A stretch of 62,981 bases of DNA, the filler included, from Folioceros fuciformis (lineage: Eukaryota), in assembly GCA_049999805.1 (NCBI GenBank). It is 21 parts of 21 records of this genome, joined end to end, with 100 filler letters (N's around TTAATTAATTAA, not from the genome) between each part and the next. Parts side by side here need not be neighbours in the genome. Positions count along the whole stretch, not along the records: positions 1 to 14,012 come from JBNGIO010004674.1; positions 14,113 to 17,412 come from JBNGIO010004675.1; positions 17,513 to 18,637 come from JBNGIO010004676.1; positions 18,738 to 19,837 come from JBNGIO010004677.1; positions 19,938 to 28,572 come from JBNGIO010004678.1; 16 more parts are not named here. The stretch is one strand, 5' to 3'. The notes under the pieces are model-generated. The model ran no database searches, had not been told where the DNA came from, and saw only the letters and a list, made by a program, of their open reading frames with translations. Of the stretch, positions 13,491 to 25,129 are shown in pieces. A program made the translations under genes and the position numbers. Each line of letters starts with the position of its first letter. Position 1 is the stretch's first letter.

Positions 13491-14012
13491 TCAAGGTTGA
13501 CACTCAATCCTTTCTTGAGTACTCACACCTGATAAATGTCTGAAAGAACCAGACTGCTTCTGACTGGAGTTTTACTCACAAGACCTTAAGTCTCTTCTTC
13601 CTAAGAGCAATCTGGTGCGGAATCACGCTGCCCTGCGTGAACCAGATTGTCTCAAGCTCCGTGTCCTTGCAGACTCTTGACTGTCTGCCCACAAAGCTCC
13701 CGTGAGATTTCCTGTCAATTCCTTCCCTGCTGCCAAGCTAGGGTTAGCACACTTTCTTGCAGCTGCTGAGGCTATTGCAGCTGTTGCCTCCACTTGTCAG
13801 CCCTTCCACAGAGCTCTGGGGATCAACAGCTAGTCCAGTAAGCTGATAGGGCCTTATCGCCCTTCTCCTCACTTCCTGCACACACCGATATGAGAGTTAG
13901 CTGCCGGGACGCTTGCTGCCGATCTCCCTCCAAGCTGCTCCAACTTCTCGTAGCTGCTCTAGCTTCTGGTGTGCACTCTTGCTGCCTCTTGCAGCACCTC
14001 CTACGCCGATCT

Positions 14013-14112
14013 NNNNNNNNNNNNNNNNNNNNNNNNNNNNNNNNNNNNNNNNNNNNTTAATTAATTAANNNNNNNNNNNNNNNNNNNNNNNNNNNNNNNN
14101 NNNNNNNNNNNN
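14013..14112. other. Artificial contig linker (first of 20)
   Basis: 44 N + TTAATTAATTAA (stops in all six frames) + 44 N. Same linker starts at 14013, 17413, 18638, 19838, 28573, 30237, 31818, 35459, 37066, 38709, 46140, 47713, 49674, 50947, 52464, 54666, 57229, 58670, 59982 and 61318. Confidence 0.99.
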
Positions 14113-16432
14113 CAGCTGCTGAGCGAGACAGGGATAGCATAGGGGTCGACCAACCAAGCGAAGACAAGCGGGACGAAGAGGAGACAGGGAAGGATGAAGA
14201 AGGAAAGGTCTACTGTAGAGTTGGTGCCGGCGGGCGTAGCCAGGGATGAGGAGCAGGTCCCTGTGCCTCAGGTCGAGGTCGCCTTCTGGCCGAATATGGA
14301 CCATTGGAGGGCCACAGCCGGAGGGCTGGTGGAAGAGCTAGGCCTCGGGTTCATGGCCCAGTGTTGGAACCACGCAGTGCCTAGCTTGGTGCAGGAGTGT
14401 GCTCAGTGTCTGAGGAGCCCGGCAAAGGAGGAAGGAATCCAAGGAAACCCACAGGACTAGAGCGTTGACCTGGTACGAACGGTGTATGGTCGCAGCCAGG
14501 AGGAGACATGCGGAATGGTCCTCGAATCGATGAAGAAACGCAGCACCACAGCAACAGCAGCGGCGTTGTTCAAGGCGGGGATCGGGAGAGAAGCCAACGG
14601 TTGGTTGGCAAGGGAGATGGCAATTGCCCAGCTAATGGGGCTTGCGAGGTGGCTCGTGTGCTTCCTTCGGAACTGGAAGCAGGACTACCTCTCTGATCAA
14701 ATGATTTTATTCCTACACGAGGTGGTCAAGGTCAGTCGAGTTGATTGGGGAAAAATCCTATATGATCGATTGAATGAGGAGAGGCAGAACCTGACCTACC
14801 TCACTCCCCGCCCGTTGATGATCTCACCATTTCTTGTTCACTTGTATTGTCACGCTAACGTCTTGCCCGAGATTGAAGTTGTTGCCTCCTTTCACATGTG
14901 GAAGCCAATTCGAGAGGTGAAGTGGAAGCCAGAGGAGCCGAAGGAAGAGGCTGACTCCAGCAATTGGGAATCAGGAGCCACAGGAAGCTCAGAGGAGGAA
15001 GCCCTGACCATCAGGAAGCGGAAGGCAGGAGCAGGGCGGAAGACCCCTGCCTAGAAGAAGGTTGGTGGGCGAGTTGCCAAGGTGACGGGCGAATCAGCGC
15101 AACAGGAAGTCGTTCAGAAACTGGTCGACACAGCACTGGAGGCACCTCAGGAAAAAGTGCCAAGGGAGGAAGCGGGCCCAGCTGAGGTGGCGTGTGAGTT
15201 AGGGCAAGTGCAAGAGGAGGAACCCTTTCCAAGATGGGAAGGGATTTTCAAGAGCATTCCTCTGGAGACCAAGCTACAGAAGGAGGATTTGGCCAGAGTA
15301 CGCACGTTGCTGGGGAGGCAAATTTTAGACGGAAGGATGGCTTTTGGGGGCGAGCCACAACAGATGGACTTGCCAGGCCTGATTGCGGCCATGGTGCAGG
15401 CACAAGCGGATATGTTTAACCAAGCTGCCAAGGAACTGACCTGGTTGAGAATGCAGGGGTAGAAGGAAGTAGAGGCGTAGGAGAAGCTGACCGACGCAGA
15501 GGCAAGTCGGCAGCAACTAGAGGACATTCGGCAGACCCTGAGTACAGCCAAGGAGCAAGCAAAAGAAGAAGCCCGCCGAGCTCGAGAGGGAATGCAGACG
15601 TTGAAGGAGCAGCAGGAATTGCTCCTAGCTTAAGTTAGAGAGGCCCATGGGACCAACCAAGAAATGCAGCAGGAACTGCTAATGGCTTAGGAACAGGAGG
15701 CGGCTGTACTAGAGAAAGTGCAAAAGCTGGCGGACAAGTACAAGCACGAATGGGACGAAGCCCGGAGCCGGGTGAAGGGAAAAGGCAAGGCCAGGCGGAG
15801 TAGTCGAATCACGACGGAGGTAGCCGAAGAGGTTTTTGATCGAAGAGAGCTAGGCTGGTAGAGGAGAGCCCGACCAAGGTAGAGGAGGCAACAACCATCG
15901 AGGAACCCGCAACGCGCAGAGCTGGAATGGCAACCCGCACCAAGAGGACGGAGCAGGGCAGAGCGGCAGCTGGGGGAATGAAGGATCTTCCAGTGCCACT
16001 GTAAAGCTGAAGGCAGGCATTCGGGATAGCCCACGGGAGGAGGAGGTAAGCACCTCATCCGCAACAGAAGATCAGATTGTATTGTAGTACCCAGATGAGG
16101 CCACTTACGTTCCTGGCCTTTATGTGGATGGAGACCGTGTGTTAAACTTAACTGTCCATGTGCGTGTGGAACTAGGAGAGACAAGGGCCTACTGCCTGCA
16201 ACTGAGGACTCGTAGGGGGTCCTTCTTCCACTGTTGTTGAGTGTGGGGGCTGCCTCCCTACTATTCAGAGGGAGTGCTGGAAAAGTTGACGGAGGAGGAG
16301 GCACGGGCATGGATTGAGCGAGAGCCTGTGTTGATCCTCAGCAACAGGCGACGGGAGGAGAGAAGGAGTCGCGCTCGACGGGACCCACCCATGCCGCCAC
16401 AGAAAAGTCAAGCAGCAACAGTGGCGAGGTAG
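14113..16432 (+). pseudogene. Decayed long ORF, probable retrotransposon accessory (extra) ORF with coiled coil
   Basis: ORFs 14194-14460, 14482-15054 and 15082-15462 are one frame broken only by point stops and continue as an E/Q/R-rich coiled coil to about 15850. The segment VDWGKILYDRL...LMISPFLVHLY resembles plant Ty3/gypsy extra-ORF proteins (judged by eye). Confidence 0.55.
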
Positions 16433-17055
16433 AAATCCTCTGGGAGGATTTGCCTAACCAACGGCGAGGGAGGAGGACTCAAGGCTGGAGGGCAAGAGGA
16501 GGAGCGCAACGGCCGGACGCGAGGCGGGCGCGGTGATAAGATAGGCCATAGTAATTGCATCCTAGATTAGAATCCTATAGGATCTGGAGGAGATGCTTTT
16601 CTTGGATCTGATGCCGCTCATAATTAAGAGCACACCCTGTCTGCAGACCAGAATTAATGGCGGCTGCAGACCCGCCATCGTGTACAAGAGGCCTGTTGGT
16701 GCCTCTCTGAGTAGCAAGAACGTGACGTTCCAATTTTGAGGAAGCTTAGCGACAGCCGCTGCCAGGTAGGGAGATCTGGCAGGTGAGTGTGTGCAGCATT
16801 CCTGGGTGGTGGGGTGCGAGGTTTCTCTGCTCCACGATGGGTGGCTCCGAGGACGAATCGGGAGGAGTATCCTCATCGAGTGGAAGGCAAAATTCCCTGC
16901 TATTCCTGGTACCTTGCGTTGTGTGTCGCAGCAGGAGTGAAGGGGGACAAATCCGCTAACTGCGAAGTGGAAGCGGGGTACCCACTTCCCTTATTCCCTG
17001 GCGTTCCATCTGCTCTACAAATATCGAAATGAGAAGTGAGTTGAGGTGAAGACGG

Positions 17056-17412
17056 TGTGGAGTATTTCTTGCACACCCAAGAACCACCAAGGGGCCACAC
17101 TTCCCCTTATTATCGTTGCAATCTTATGATTCGCTCCCAAGGGAGTGAACTAATGTCAAGGTTACCTACATCTCCCTAATCTCACCCTATCTATCAGCAT
17201 ATACCAAGTGCTACAGCAATAGGTCAGAATTCTCGGTCTTGTCTTCGGCTCCTACCACAACACCAACCCCAGCCTCAACAAAATGAGAACTCTAGCATTG
17301 TCTTCAACCCTCGTTTCCAACTCCAAGTATCAATCACTTCAGTGCTAAGAGGAGGCTCCAGCCCCAAGTCTGGCCTCCAACTCTCAGCACCTAGTGCTAG
17401 CTACCTCCGCAG
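17056..17412 (-). repeat. 3' end of a diverged family G (Athila-like) LTR
   Basis: 17056-17160 aligns with the LTR ends at 53909 and 29639. No PBS is adjacent, so it is a 3' or solo LTR. Confidence 0.75.
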
Positions 17413-17512
17413 NNNNNNNNNNNNNNNNNNNNNNNNNNNNNNNNNNNNNNNNNNNNTTAATTAATTAANNNNNNNNNNNNNNNNNNNNNNNNNNNNNNNN
17501 NNNNNNNNNNNN

Positions 17513-18637
17513 GACTGAATCCATTAACAAGGTGCTTCAACGTTTCAATATGGAGAAGGGGAAGGTATTAAGTACTCCGTTGCCTCCATATGTGAAACTG
17601 TCGAGCAAGGATTGCCCAAGCTCTGCGGAGGACAAAGTTGAAATGGAGAACGTTCCATACTCATCAACTGTAGGGAGTTTGATGTATGCAATGATTGCCA
17701 CACGTCCTGACATTGCCTTTGCAGTGGGAGTGGTTAGCAGGTTTATGTCAAACCCTGGCAGGAAGCATTGGGAGGCAGTGAAAGGAGTTATGAGGCACTT
17801 GAATGGTACGAAAGCTTTGTGCTTATGTTTTGGTAGTGAAGGTGCATCCGTCGTGGGATATACGGATGCTGATTATGCAGGGGATATGGACAAAAGGAGG
17901 TCCACATCAGGTTACGTCTTCATGTGCACAGGAGGGGCAGTCTCATGGCGATCTCGTTTGCAATCATGCATAACGCTATCTACCACAGAGGCCGAGCATG
18001 TTGCAGCAACTGAGGCATGCAAGGAAGCCATATGGCTTGCTCGTCTAGTGGGCGATTTAGGGATCAAGGTTGACCTGCCAGTGTTGCATTGTGATAGCCA
18101 AAGTGCTATTCAATTGGCAAAGAATCCAGTGTTTCATGCGAAGACCAAACATGTGGAAGTGAAGTATCACTTCATTCGAGAGGTGTTGGAAGACAAGAGG
18201 GTACAACTTGTCAAAGTTCACACCAGTCAAAACCCTGCAGATGTTCTTACCAAGGGGCTCTCTTCGGAGCAAGACGGTCGAATAGGACCATCCAGGAGCG
18301 GATGCGTAGTTTATTGTCAAACTCTGGATTGCCTAACGGATTTTGGGCCGAAGCAATGGCTACTACGGTGCATCTTATTAACAGATCTCCTAATAGGGCT
18401 GTGGATGAGCAGGTTCCGGAGGAGATGTGGTATGGAAAGAAGCCATCATACAAGCATCTACGAGTGTTTGCCTGCGAGGCATACTACCATGTTCCTAAGG
18501 AGTTTCGGGACAAGTTGGCACCCAAGTCCAAGAAATGTATTTTTCTTGGCTATGGTGAATCTGGTGAGATGGGATACCGTCTGTGGGATCCAGAGGCCAA
18601 GAGAATGGTTCGCAGTAATGACATGTTCTTCAATGAG
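17513..18637 (+). mobile_element. Rearranged Ty1/copia fragment: RT end and RNase H joined to integrase C-terminal half
   Basis: TRPDIAFAVGVVSRFM, YTDADYAGD and HAKTKHVEV to about 18270, then NRTIQERMRS...FWAEA...KCIFLGY in another frame. Confidence 0.9.
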
Positions 18638-18737
18638 NNNNNNNNNNNNNNNNNNNNNNNNNNNNNNNNNNNNNNNNNNNNTTAATTAATTAANNNNNNN
18701 NNNNNNNNNNNNNNNNNNNNNNNNNNNNNNNNNNNNN

Positions 18738-19837
18738 GCGGTCTATGGTGTGAGGTCCCCGGATTTTGTGGGTAGAACTCCTGGCTTAGGGCGCTGAGCC
18801 GGTTGAGGTCGACCCAAAGTCCTGATTCCCTTGCCACTAGGGGAACGTGGGGATCCCGGGGCTGTCAAGATCCGTGTGGCCGGATCCGCAAGGGCTACAT
18901 GATTCGCAGGTTGGCTGAAGTGAAGGAACAGGACCGTGAGCTGAAGGGCTATCCAGTCCTAGATCCACACTATGCTTGAAGGCTGCAAGGAGTGAAGCCA
19001 TTGTGCCTAATTTCCAGGGAGGAAAGCTGAAGAAAAGAGAGGAAGAGTTGGAGTGGGATGCATAGAAGTGAAGAGTGAGCTGCTGAAGAGTAGGAGTGTG
19101 TGTTGAAGTGGAGGGTGGGGACTGAAGTGAAGAGGAAGGGACTGAAGTGGGAATCTTGAAGCGCTGAGGTCAAGGAGAAAGTGGCTGAAGTGGGGAACAA
19201 GAAGGGCTGGAGGGCTGAAGAACAAGAGTGTGAGTTGGGTGAGCTGACCTAGGGGGTAGGCTAGGCTTCTAGCCCTTTTGTTTGAGTGTATGAACAGACC
19301 TATAGACCGGCTGATAGGTAGAAGTGCGATAGGTAGCGTTCCTTGGCACTAGTTCACTCCCTTGGGAGCGAACCATAGGACTACAACGACAATAGGGGAA
19401 TGTGTGGCCCCTTGGGTGGTTCTTGGGTGTAAGAAATCACTCCACATTTTGGCGCCGTTGCCGGGGAGTGATAGTGCTGCCAAGGTTTGGAGAAGACTGA
19501 CCGGGATAGTGGACTGAACAAGGGAGAGTGGCAGGGCTGATGGATGCCCCGCATAGGAGTTGAAGAGTTCAGCTCCAGCTGTGAAGGGGGAGCTCAAGTT
19601 CAAGCAAGGGAGCAGCAGCAAGCACCGGAGCGTAGGCAAAGAGCAATAGAGAGGGAGCTGAGGCGGGCACGACCAAGGAGTGCAGGGGTTGAAGGAGTCA
19701 GCAACATCAGCCAAATTCCAAGGGTTGGAGCTGCAACTGTAGGAGGGAGAGCAAGCACCATGGCGACACCAGCTGTTGCAATGTCCACCTAGCAGCCGTA
19801 CCCCTTGTATGGGGAGAAGAGGGGGTATGAGGACCCG
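18738..19837 (+). mobile_element. Athila-like Ty3/gypsy element (family G): 5' LTR end, PBS and start of gag
   Basis: LTR ends TCCACA at 19446, PBS follows, and the ORF from 19544 is homologous to 53811-53392. Confidence 0.88.
19450..19467 (+). promoter_or_regulatory. Primer binding site, tRNA-Asp
   Basis: TGGCGCCGTTGCCGGGGA, complementary to the 3' end of plant tRNA-Asp(GUC) plus CCA; typical of Athila elements. Confidence 0.92.
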
Positions 19838-19937
19838 NNNNNNNNNNNNNNNNNNNNNNNNNNNNNNNNNNNNNNNNNNNNTTAATTAATTAANNNNNNN
19901 NNNNNNNNNNNNNNNNNNNNNNNNNNNNNNNNNNNNN

Positions 19938-21324
19938 CTTCTTCGAGCCCTACCATCTCATCATCGTGCAGGACGGCGATCCGTCCAAGGTGATCAAGGT
20001 GCCCGAGGGCTTCGACTACGAGCTTTACAACCGGAATGACATCAACCGGATCCTGGGCCCCAAGGCATCCTGCATCTCTTTCAAGGACAGCGCCTGTCGC
20101 TGCTTCGGGTACATGGTCTCAAGGAAGAAGTACATTTACACCATCGACGACGACTGTTTTGTGAGTTTGAGCTGCGGCGGTTTCGTTTCCGGGGGCTGGG
20201 ATTTTTGTGGGCAAGCTGGTTGAGTGGGTGGTTTGGCTGACTGGGGTGGGGTGTGGTGGATCTGGCGGGTGCCGCTCAGGTGGCCAAGGATCCTTCCGGG
20301 AAGGACATCAACGCTCTGGAGCAGCACATCAAGAACCTGCTCTCCCCCTCCACCCCCTACTTCTTCAACACTCTGTACGATCCGTACAGAGAAGGTACCG
20401 ACTTCGTTCGCGGCTACCCCTTTAGCCTCCGGGAAGGCACGCCCACCGCCGTCTCCCACGGCCTGTGGCTCAACATCCCGGACTACGACGCTCCCACCCA
20501 GCTGGTGAAGCCGGCGGAACGCAACAAGAGGTTTTTCACTCGGGCCCAGCGCTCGGCATGCTTGTCGTCCTGTTTTGGGGCTCTAGGTTCTGCGCTGGGT
20601 CCCAACTGGGTGCTGTGCTGGGACTGGGGCCTGGGTGTTCTCGACCTGCGTCTGATGTCCCCTTGCCGTGCCTGAACTGGACCCGGCAGGTATGTGGATG
20701 CCGTGCTCACCATCCCCAAGGGCACCCTGTTCCCCATGTGCGGGATGAACCTGGCCTTCAACCGAGATCTCATCGGCCCGGCCATGTACTTCGGGCTCAT
20801 GGGCGATGGGCAGCCTATTGGGCGATACGACGACATGTGGGCTGGATGGTGCATGAAGGTGGGCTTCTCTCCATGCCCTGTCTGTGGAGGCAGGTATTGA
20901 TGGGGCCAGCCTTCACTTTTCCCTATCTTTGTAGTGACCCGGTTGCCCTCCTCCCCGGCTGTTTCAGGTCATCTGCGACCATCTGGGGATCGGGGTGAAG
21001 ACGGGCCTGCCATACATCTGGCACAGCAAGGCCAGCAATGCCTTTGTGAACCTCCAAAAGGAGTACAAGGGCATTTTCTGGCAGGAGGAGCTCATCCCCT
21101 TCTTCCAGCAAGTGCAGCTGACCAAGGAAGCTGTCACTGTGGAGCAATGCTACCTCGAGCTCTCCAAGGCCGTCAAGGACAAGCTCAGCAGCGTCGACCC
21201 CTACTTCACCAAGCTGTCGGATGCCATGGTGACATGGATCGAGTCCTGGAAGCTTCTCAACTCCCCGGACAGCAACGCCCTCTTGTCGAACGGGCCTTCC
21301 AAGACCGGCAGCAGAAACAAGTAG
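19938..21324 (+). CDS. RGP: UDP-arabinopyranose mutase / reversibly glycosylated polypeptide (GT75), 5'-truncated by gap
   Basis: Exons <19938-20160, 20280-20530, 20690-20858, 20968-21324 with GT-AG introns that keep the frame. Motifs [55 protein letters not shown]. Confidence 0.96.
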
Positions 21325-22456
21325 AACAAAGTGGCTAGTGTGGAACACGATTCAAGAGTGCCGAAACTCCTTGAATCGTGACCAAATTTTGCAGCCTGGT
21401 TTTTTTCATCTTTCAACCAGCATTAGCTCCAGTCTCGCCTCGCGGTGTTGTGGGCCTCGCTGGTCGTTTAAAGCTTTTCTGTTTAGTTTTAGTGAGTTAC
21501 TGCCGTAGTCCTTACAGGACGTCTGCAATCGAAAGGAGTCTTTGAAGCTGTTTCTACAACCATCCGGTCCGTTCGCTCTTGACGAGGTCAGCACCTTGTC
21601 ACTGACGTACTGGTCTTCGGAGACCCGCGGTTTTCAAGAAGTTCCGACGCTCCTTCTTGTCACCAGTTGGCATCATGGGATCCAGGGCATTAACTACCCC
21701 GTGCGTTTCATCTGCTGCTTGCCTTGTCAGAAAACAAGTGCTCGAAAAGGAGAACACATGTAGACCGACGGAAAAGCAGTAGATAAAAGCAATCTTCGTC
21801 TAAAGAGATCGCTTCATGGGGCTACAGCTGGAGTCCAGAGTCCAGACTGCTGGCACAGATGACAACGAGTATCTTCTGAGGGCCGTTACAGCTAGGCCAG
21901 CACCAACATAATTGAACACGAATCTGTACAGCACAATGACTTGGTCAGTCTCGGAATTCCTATAAGAGGTACATACGTGCCATAAGTTCCGACACAGGCT
22001 CTGAACACAACATCCAGGAAATTGGTAGGCAAACTTTGTCCAACAGTGGACACGGGTAGGTCAAGAAGTTGCACGAGCAGCTTTAGATTTTTTTTTTTTG
22101 GGCCACAATGCAAAGCCTCACCAGGCTCATGAACACAATCAACTCGTGCAACCGCCATCATTCTCAGTTCTCTAAACATGAATCAGGAGTGCAATCCCAT
22201 TTTTGCTGAGATGGAAGCAGAACACAATTGAGGGAACCAGAATACGCTTTACATGAGAGACTTCTTCCACAGCTTCCACGCCTATGTCCCCATACTCTGT
22301 GCGAGTTAACTAACCCTGGCTCCTCGTGCACCCGCTATCATTCCCAGCAATTTGAGCCCCCGATCTCAGAGTCAGATGCCGAGTACCGTCCCCTCTTTCG
22401 TGGGATCGCAACAAAAATAAATTTCAAAGAACTAGTCGGACCACGCTTTGTACCTC

Positions 22457-23250
22457 TCAACTGGCCTGATTGAGAGGATTGTCTGGAGACTTTTTCCACA
22501 GCTTCCACACCATGTCCTTATACTGTGTGTGAGTTAACCCTGGCTTCTCTTCCTTCAGCTTCGGCAGTTCAGCATCCTCAAAAGCCTGCACAGTTTTGCC
22601 CTCTCATCAGCACCGAACACGCTATACCATTCTTTTTCCGAGAAGCTGGAGGTGCGTGCTGGCAAAGAAAAAACTGCAGATCCTACCTTGAACGAAGCCT
22701 TGAGCCGTCTTTCAGGATGCCGATCGGGAGGAAGCTCAACGCCAGACACAGCGCTGATTTGAGCCAAGGCAGTGTCCAGATCCCTAGCATCCAAAAGAGT
22801 ATCATCCCTATTGGTATTCTCCACAGCAATTATCCGCTCGTACTCCTCCGAATCCGCAGTCCGAGCCTCCTTCCGCTTGGAAACCACAGCCTGAGCCGCC
22901 AGCTGCTGCCGCTCTTCCTCCTTCTGCTGCGCAAGCTGCGCTGCTGTCACCTTAGGCACCGGCGCCGAAACCCTGCCAGCTCTCTTATCCACCGCCTTGC
23001 CATACTTCTCCAGCTCCTTGGCCTCCTGCTCCGCAAGCTTCTTGGCCTCCGCCCTCTTGGCTGCCGCCTCAGCCCGCCTCTCTGCCTCCTCCTCCTTCTT
23101 CTTAACCGACTTCAACTTGGGCCCCTCGGCCTCCTGCCAGTACTGCTCCTCCTTGCGCCTGGCCTCGGAGGCCTTCTTTTCCGACTCTGCCGTCGCCTTC
23201 CGCACTCTGGCCTCCTCCGCCTTGCTATTCACTCCCATCTTCTTCGGCAT
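22457..23250 (-). CDS. CCDC124: Coiled-coil domain-containing protein 124 / Lso2-Oxs1 homologue, 230 aa
   Basis: Exon 1 23250-22687 (MPKKMGVNSKAEEAR...DRHPERRLKASFK), GT-AG intron 22686-22586, exon 2 22585-22457 (AFEDAELPKLKEEKPGLTHTQYKDMVWKLWKKSPDNPLNQAS*). Confidence 0.93.
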
Positions 23251-24571
23251 CTTGGTCCTCCCTTGAGCAAACGGACAGAACTCGTCTAACCTCCGCCCGA
23301 TTCCCCAATCCTCCTCATCAATTTCCCACGCACACCGATGTTGCTGCAGGCGAAATCCGGCGACAGGCAGCAAGCTCGGGCACAAATCATCCTACGGAAG
23401 TCACACGAAGAGCAGGCCCTGTCGGCAGGAGCATTTCCGCAGAAGCCTGTAGGAGGTTCCAGGCATGCAAAACTCACGGAAATGCAACAATCCAGCGGGA
23501 CACGCGCAGAAACAGAATGGCCCCGACACGCCCGGATCACAACAAGCTAAACACCTGGAAGGACAAGTCGAATCAGGCTCTGCCAGGGCCGAGCCTCATC
23601 AGGCTCGATGAGCGCTCATCCACGGCGCCACAGGTCGGTATGTACATATATCTGAAGAGAATACGGCACATTACCCATATTAACACAGTAAGTACTACAT
23701 ATTCACTCTAAACGTGAAGACGCACACAAGTGAATTACTCGAAACATAGCCTGAAGCATTTGCTTCTGCGTCCGCCATACCCGTCCTAGTCTGCCGAGCT
23801 TCATCGACCATGCATACTCTTCCGCCATATCCCTGAAGCACTCATTCCCAGACAGACACAACTGCAAGCGACTCAGATCCAGTCCGTCCATGTGCTCGCT
23901 CGTCTTTGATGAATTCAACCTTGGAATCGCGGCAATATATTACCTGCCACCACAATCTCCTGAGAGCGGCAGCAACCTTGCTTCCGAGAGCCATCTCAAG
24001 ACGGACCAGAGCATTGAGATCTCGTTGTGTAGATTCTTGGAACGACATCGGCCAGAAGGTGCAACAACAAGGAACTGGAACGGGGCAACGACACGATGTG
24101 GGGTGCGCGATACCGATAGAGTCCGAACAAAGTGTGGATCTCGCATACAACCGACCTCAGCGATGAGGTCCCAGGGGTAATACGCACATCGCTTGCAAGC
24201 GTCATGGCCGAAGCTCAAACAATCAAATTAATGGAATAAAGTTGGTACAAACCAATGCGATCCACTGCGTCCAACACGCAAATCGGTAAACGGGACTCAC
24301 CGATTGAGCGAATCACACAGAGCGGACATGACCAACTCATGAAAGAGCCTAGACAGCGTACCGTAACGAGGCTCTAGGACTCCAGACGAGCATGCTGGAG
24401 TCCTGTTTCTCTACTCTAACGTTGGTCCATCTAACCTAGAGACAACAACTCCAGTAGACCGAGTCTAACACTACAGCTGCGAACCACATATGCTACCATA
24501 CCTTCCAACAATCCTGAGTGCATCAACCTTACCCTTCGTGTGCAGTCACGCGAGAAGCCTAGGATGGAATA

Positions 24572-25129
24572 TCATCGGATCCCGCGCGCGAGCTGGTTCC
24601 GTCGAAGCCGGCTCCTTATCCGGCCTTGGCGCAGGCTATGAAGCAGGAGCTGATAGGCGGGGCGAGGCCTGCTGGCCCTGTTTGAAACGAAATCAGTGTA
24701 GTCCCTGGACCTAGCCAAAGGCCTGGGCCTAGGCCTTGATCTTTCAATCCTCCTAGGTCCGGGGATAGGCAACGTAGACTCCCTACAATGCCAGATGAGA
24801 TGGAAGAGATGAAGCTGCCGTGCCACCATTGCCGTGGTCTGATCCTCACCGTCCTCCACAACATAATCCCCCGAACAATCATCCTCCACCACTTCCTGTG
24901 CCTGCGCTTGCTCCCTCACCTCCTCCTTGTGATGCTGCTCCTCCGCCAGCGGCTGCGGCAATGACGCACGTTCCTCTTCTTGTGCGTCCTCCCCGTGCGG
25001 CTTCTCACCGGCTGCGACCTCTCCCACCTCGTTTGCAAACGCCTCTACCTGGTGTTCCTCCATATCCACGTCCATGTCCGTGTCCACGTTCATCCCCACG
25101 TCCAGGTCCATGGCCACGGCGATGTCCAT
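24572..25129 (-). CDS. Hypothetical orphan protein (185 aa from ATG 25129; frame open from 25297)
   Basis: Intronless open frame with (M/V)D dipeptide repeats, acidic middle and Arg-rich C-terminus; TATA-like TATATATGTATA near 25279-25290. No family recognised. Confidence 0.4.
   Translation of the reverse strand: MDIAVAMDLDVGMNVDTDMDVDMEEHQVEAFANEVGEVAAGEKPHGEDAQEEERASLPQPLAEEQHHKEEVREQAQAQEVVEDDCSGDYVVEDGEDQTTAMVARQLHLFHLIWHCRESTLPIPGPRRIERSRPRPRPLARSRDYTDFVSNRASRPRPAYQLLLHSLRQGRIRSRLRRNQLARGIR

Larger units (their letters stand above)
8877..14012 (-). mobile_element. Ty1/copia element (family C), nearly intact, nested in gag of family B; 5' LTR lost in gap
   Basis: Long gag-pol, PPT and 3' LTR. 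The family B gag frame (SNLTSSGTKTTEMQAAIALL) runs exactly up to the LTR edge at 8876. Confidence 0.96.

Noticed and set aside
17513-18637. New retroelement class with copia domains in gypsy order
   Set aside because: The integrase lacks its N-terminal half and is out of frame; a rearrangement explains it.
22525-23289. 254-aa plus-strand ORF
   Set aside because: Antisense shadow of the codon-biased CCDC124 exon. Likewise most short ORFs overlapping TE polyproteins are shadows.
23703-24218. Short overlapping ORFs upstream of CCDC124
   Set aside because: No recognisable motif or consistent splice model.
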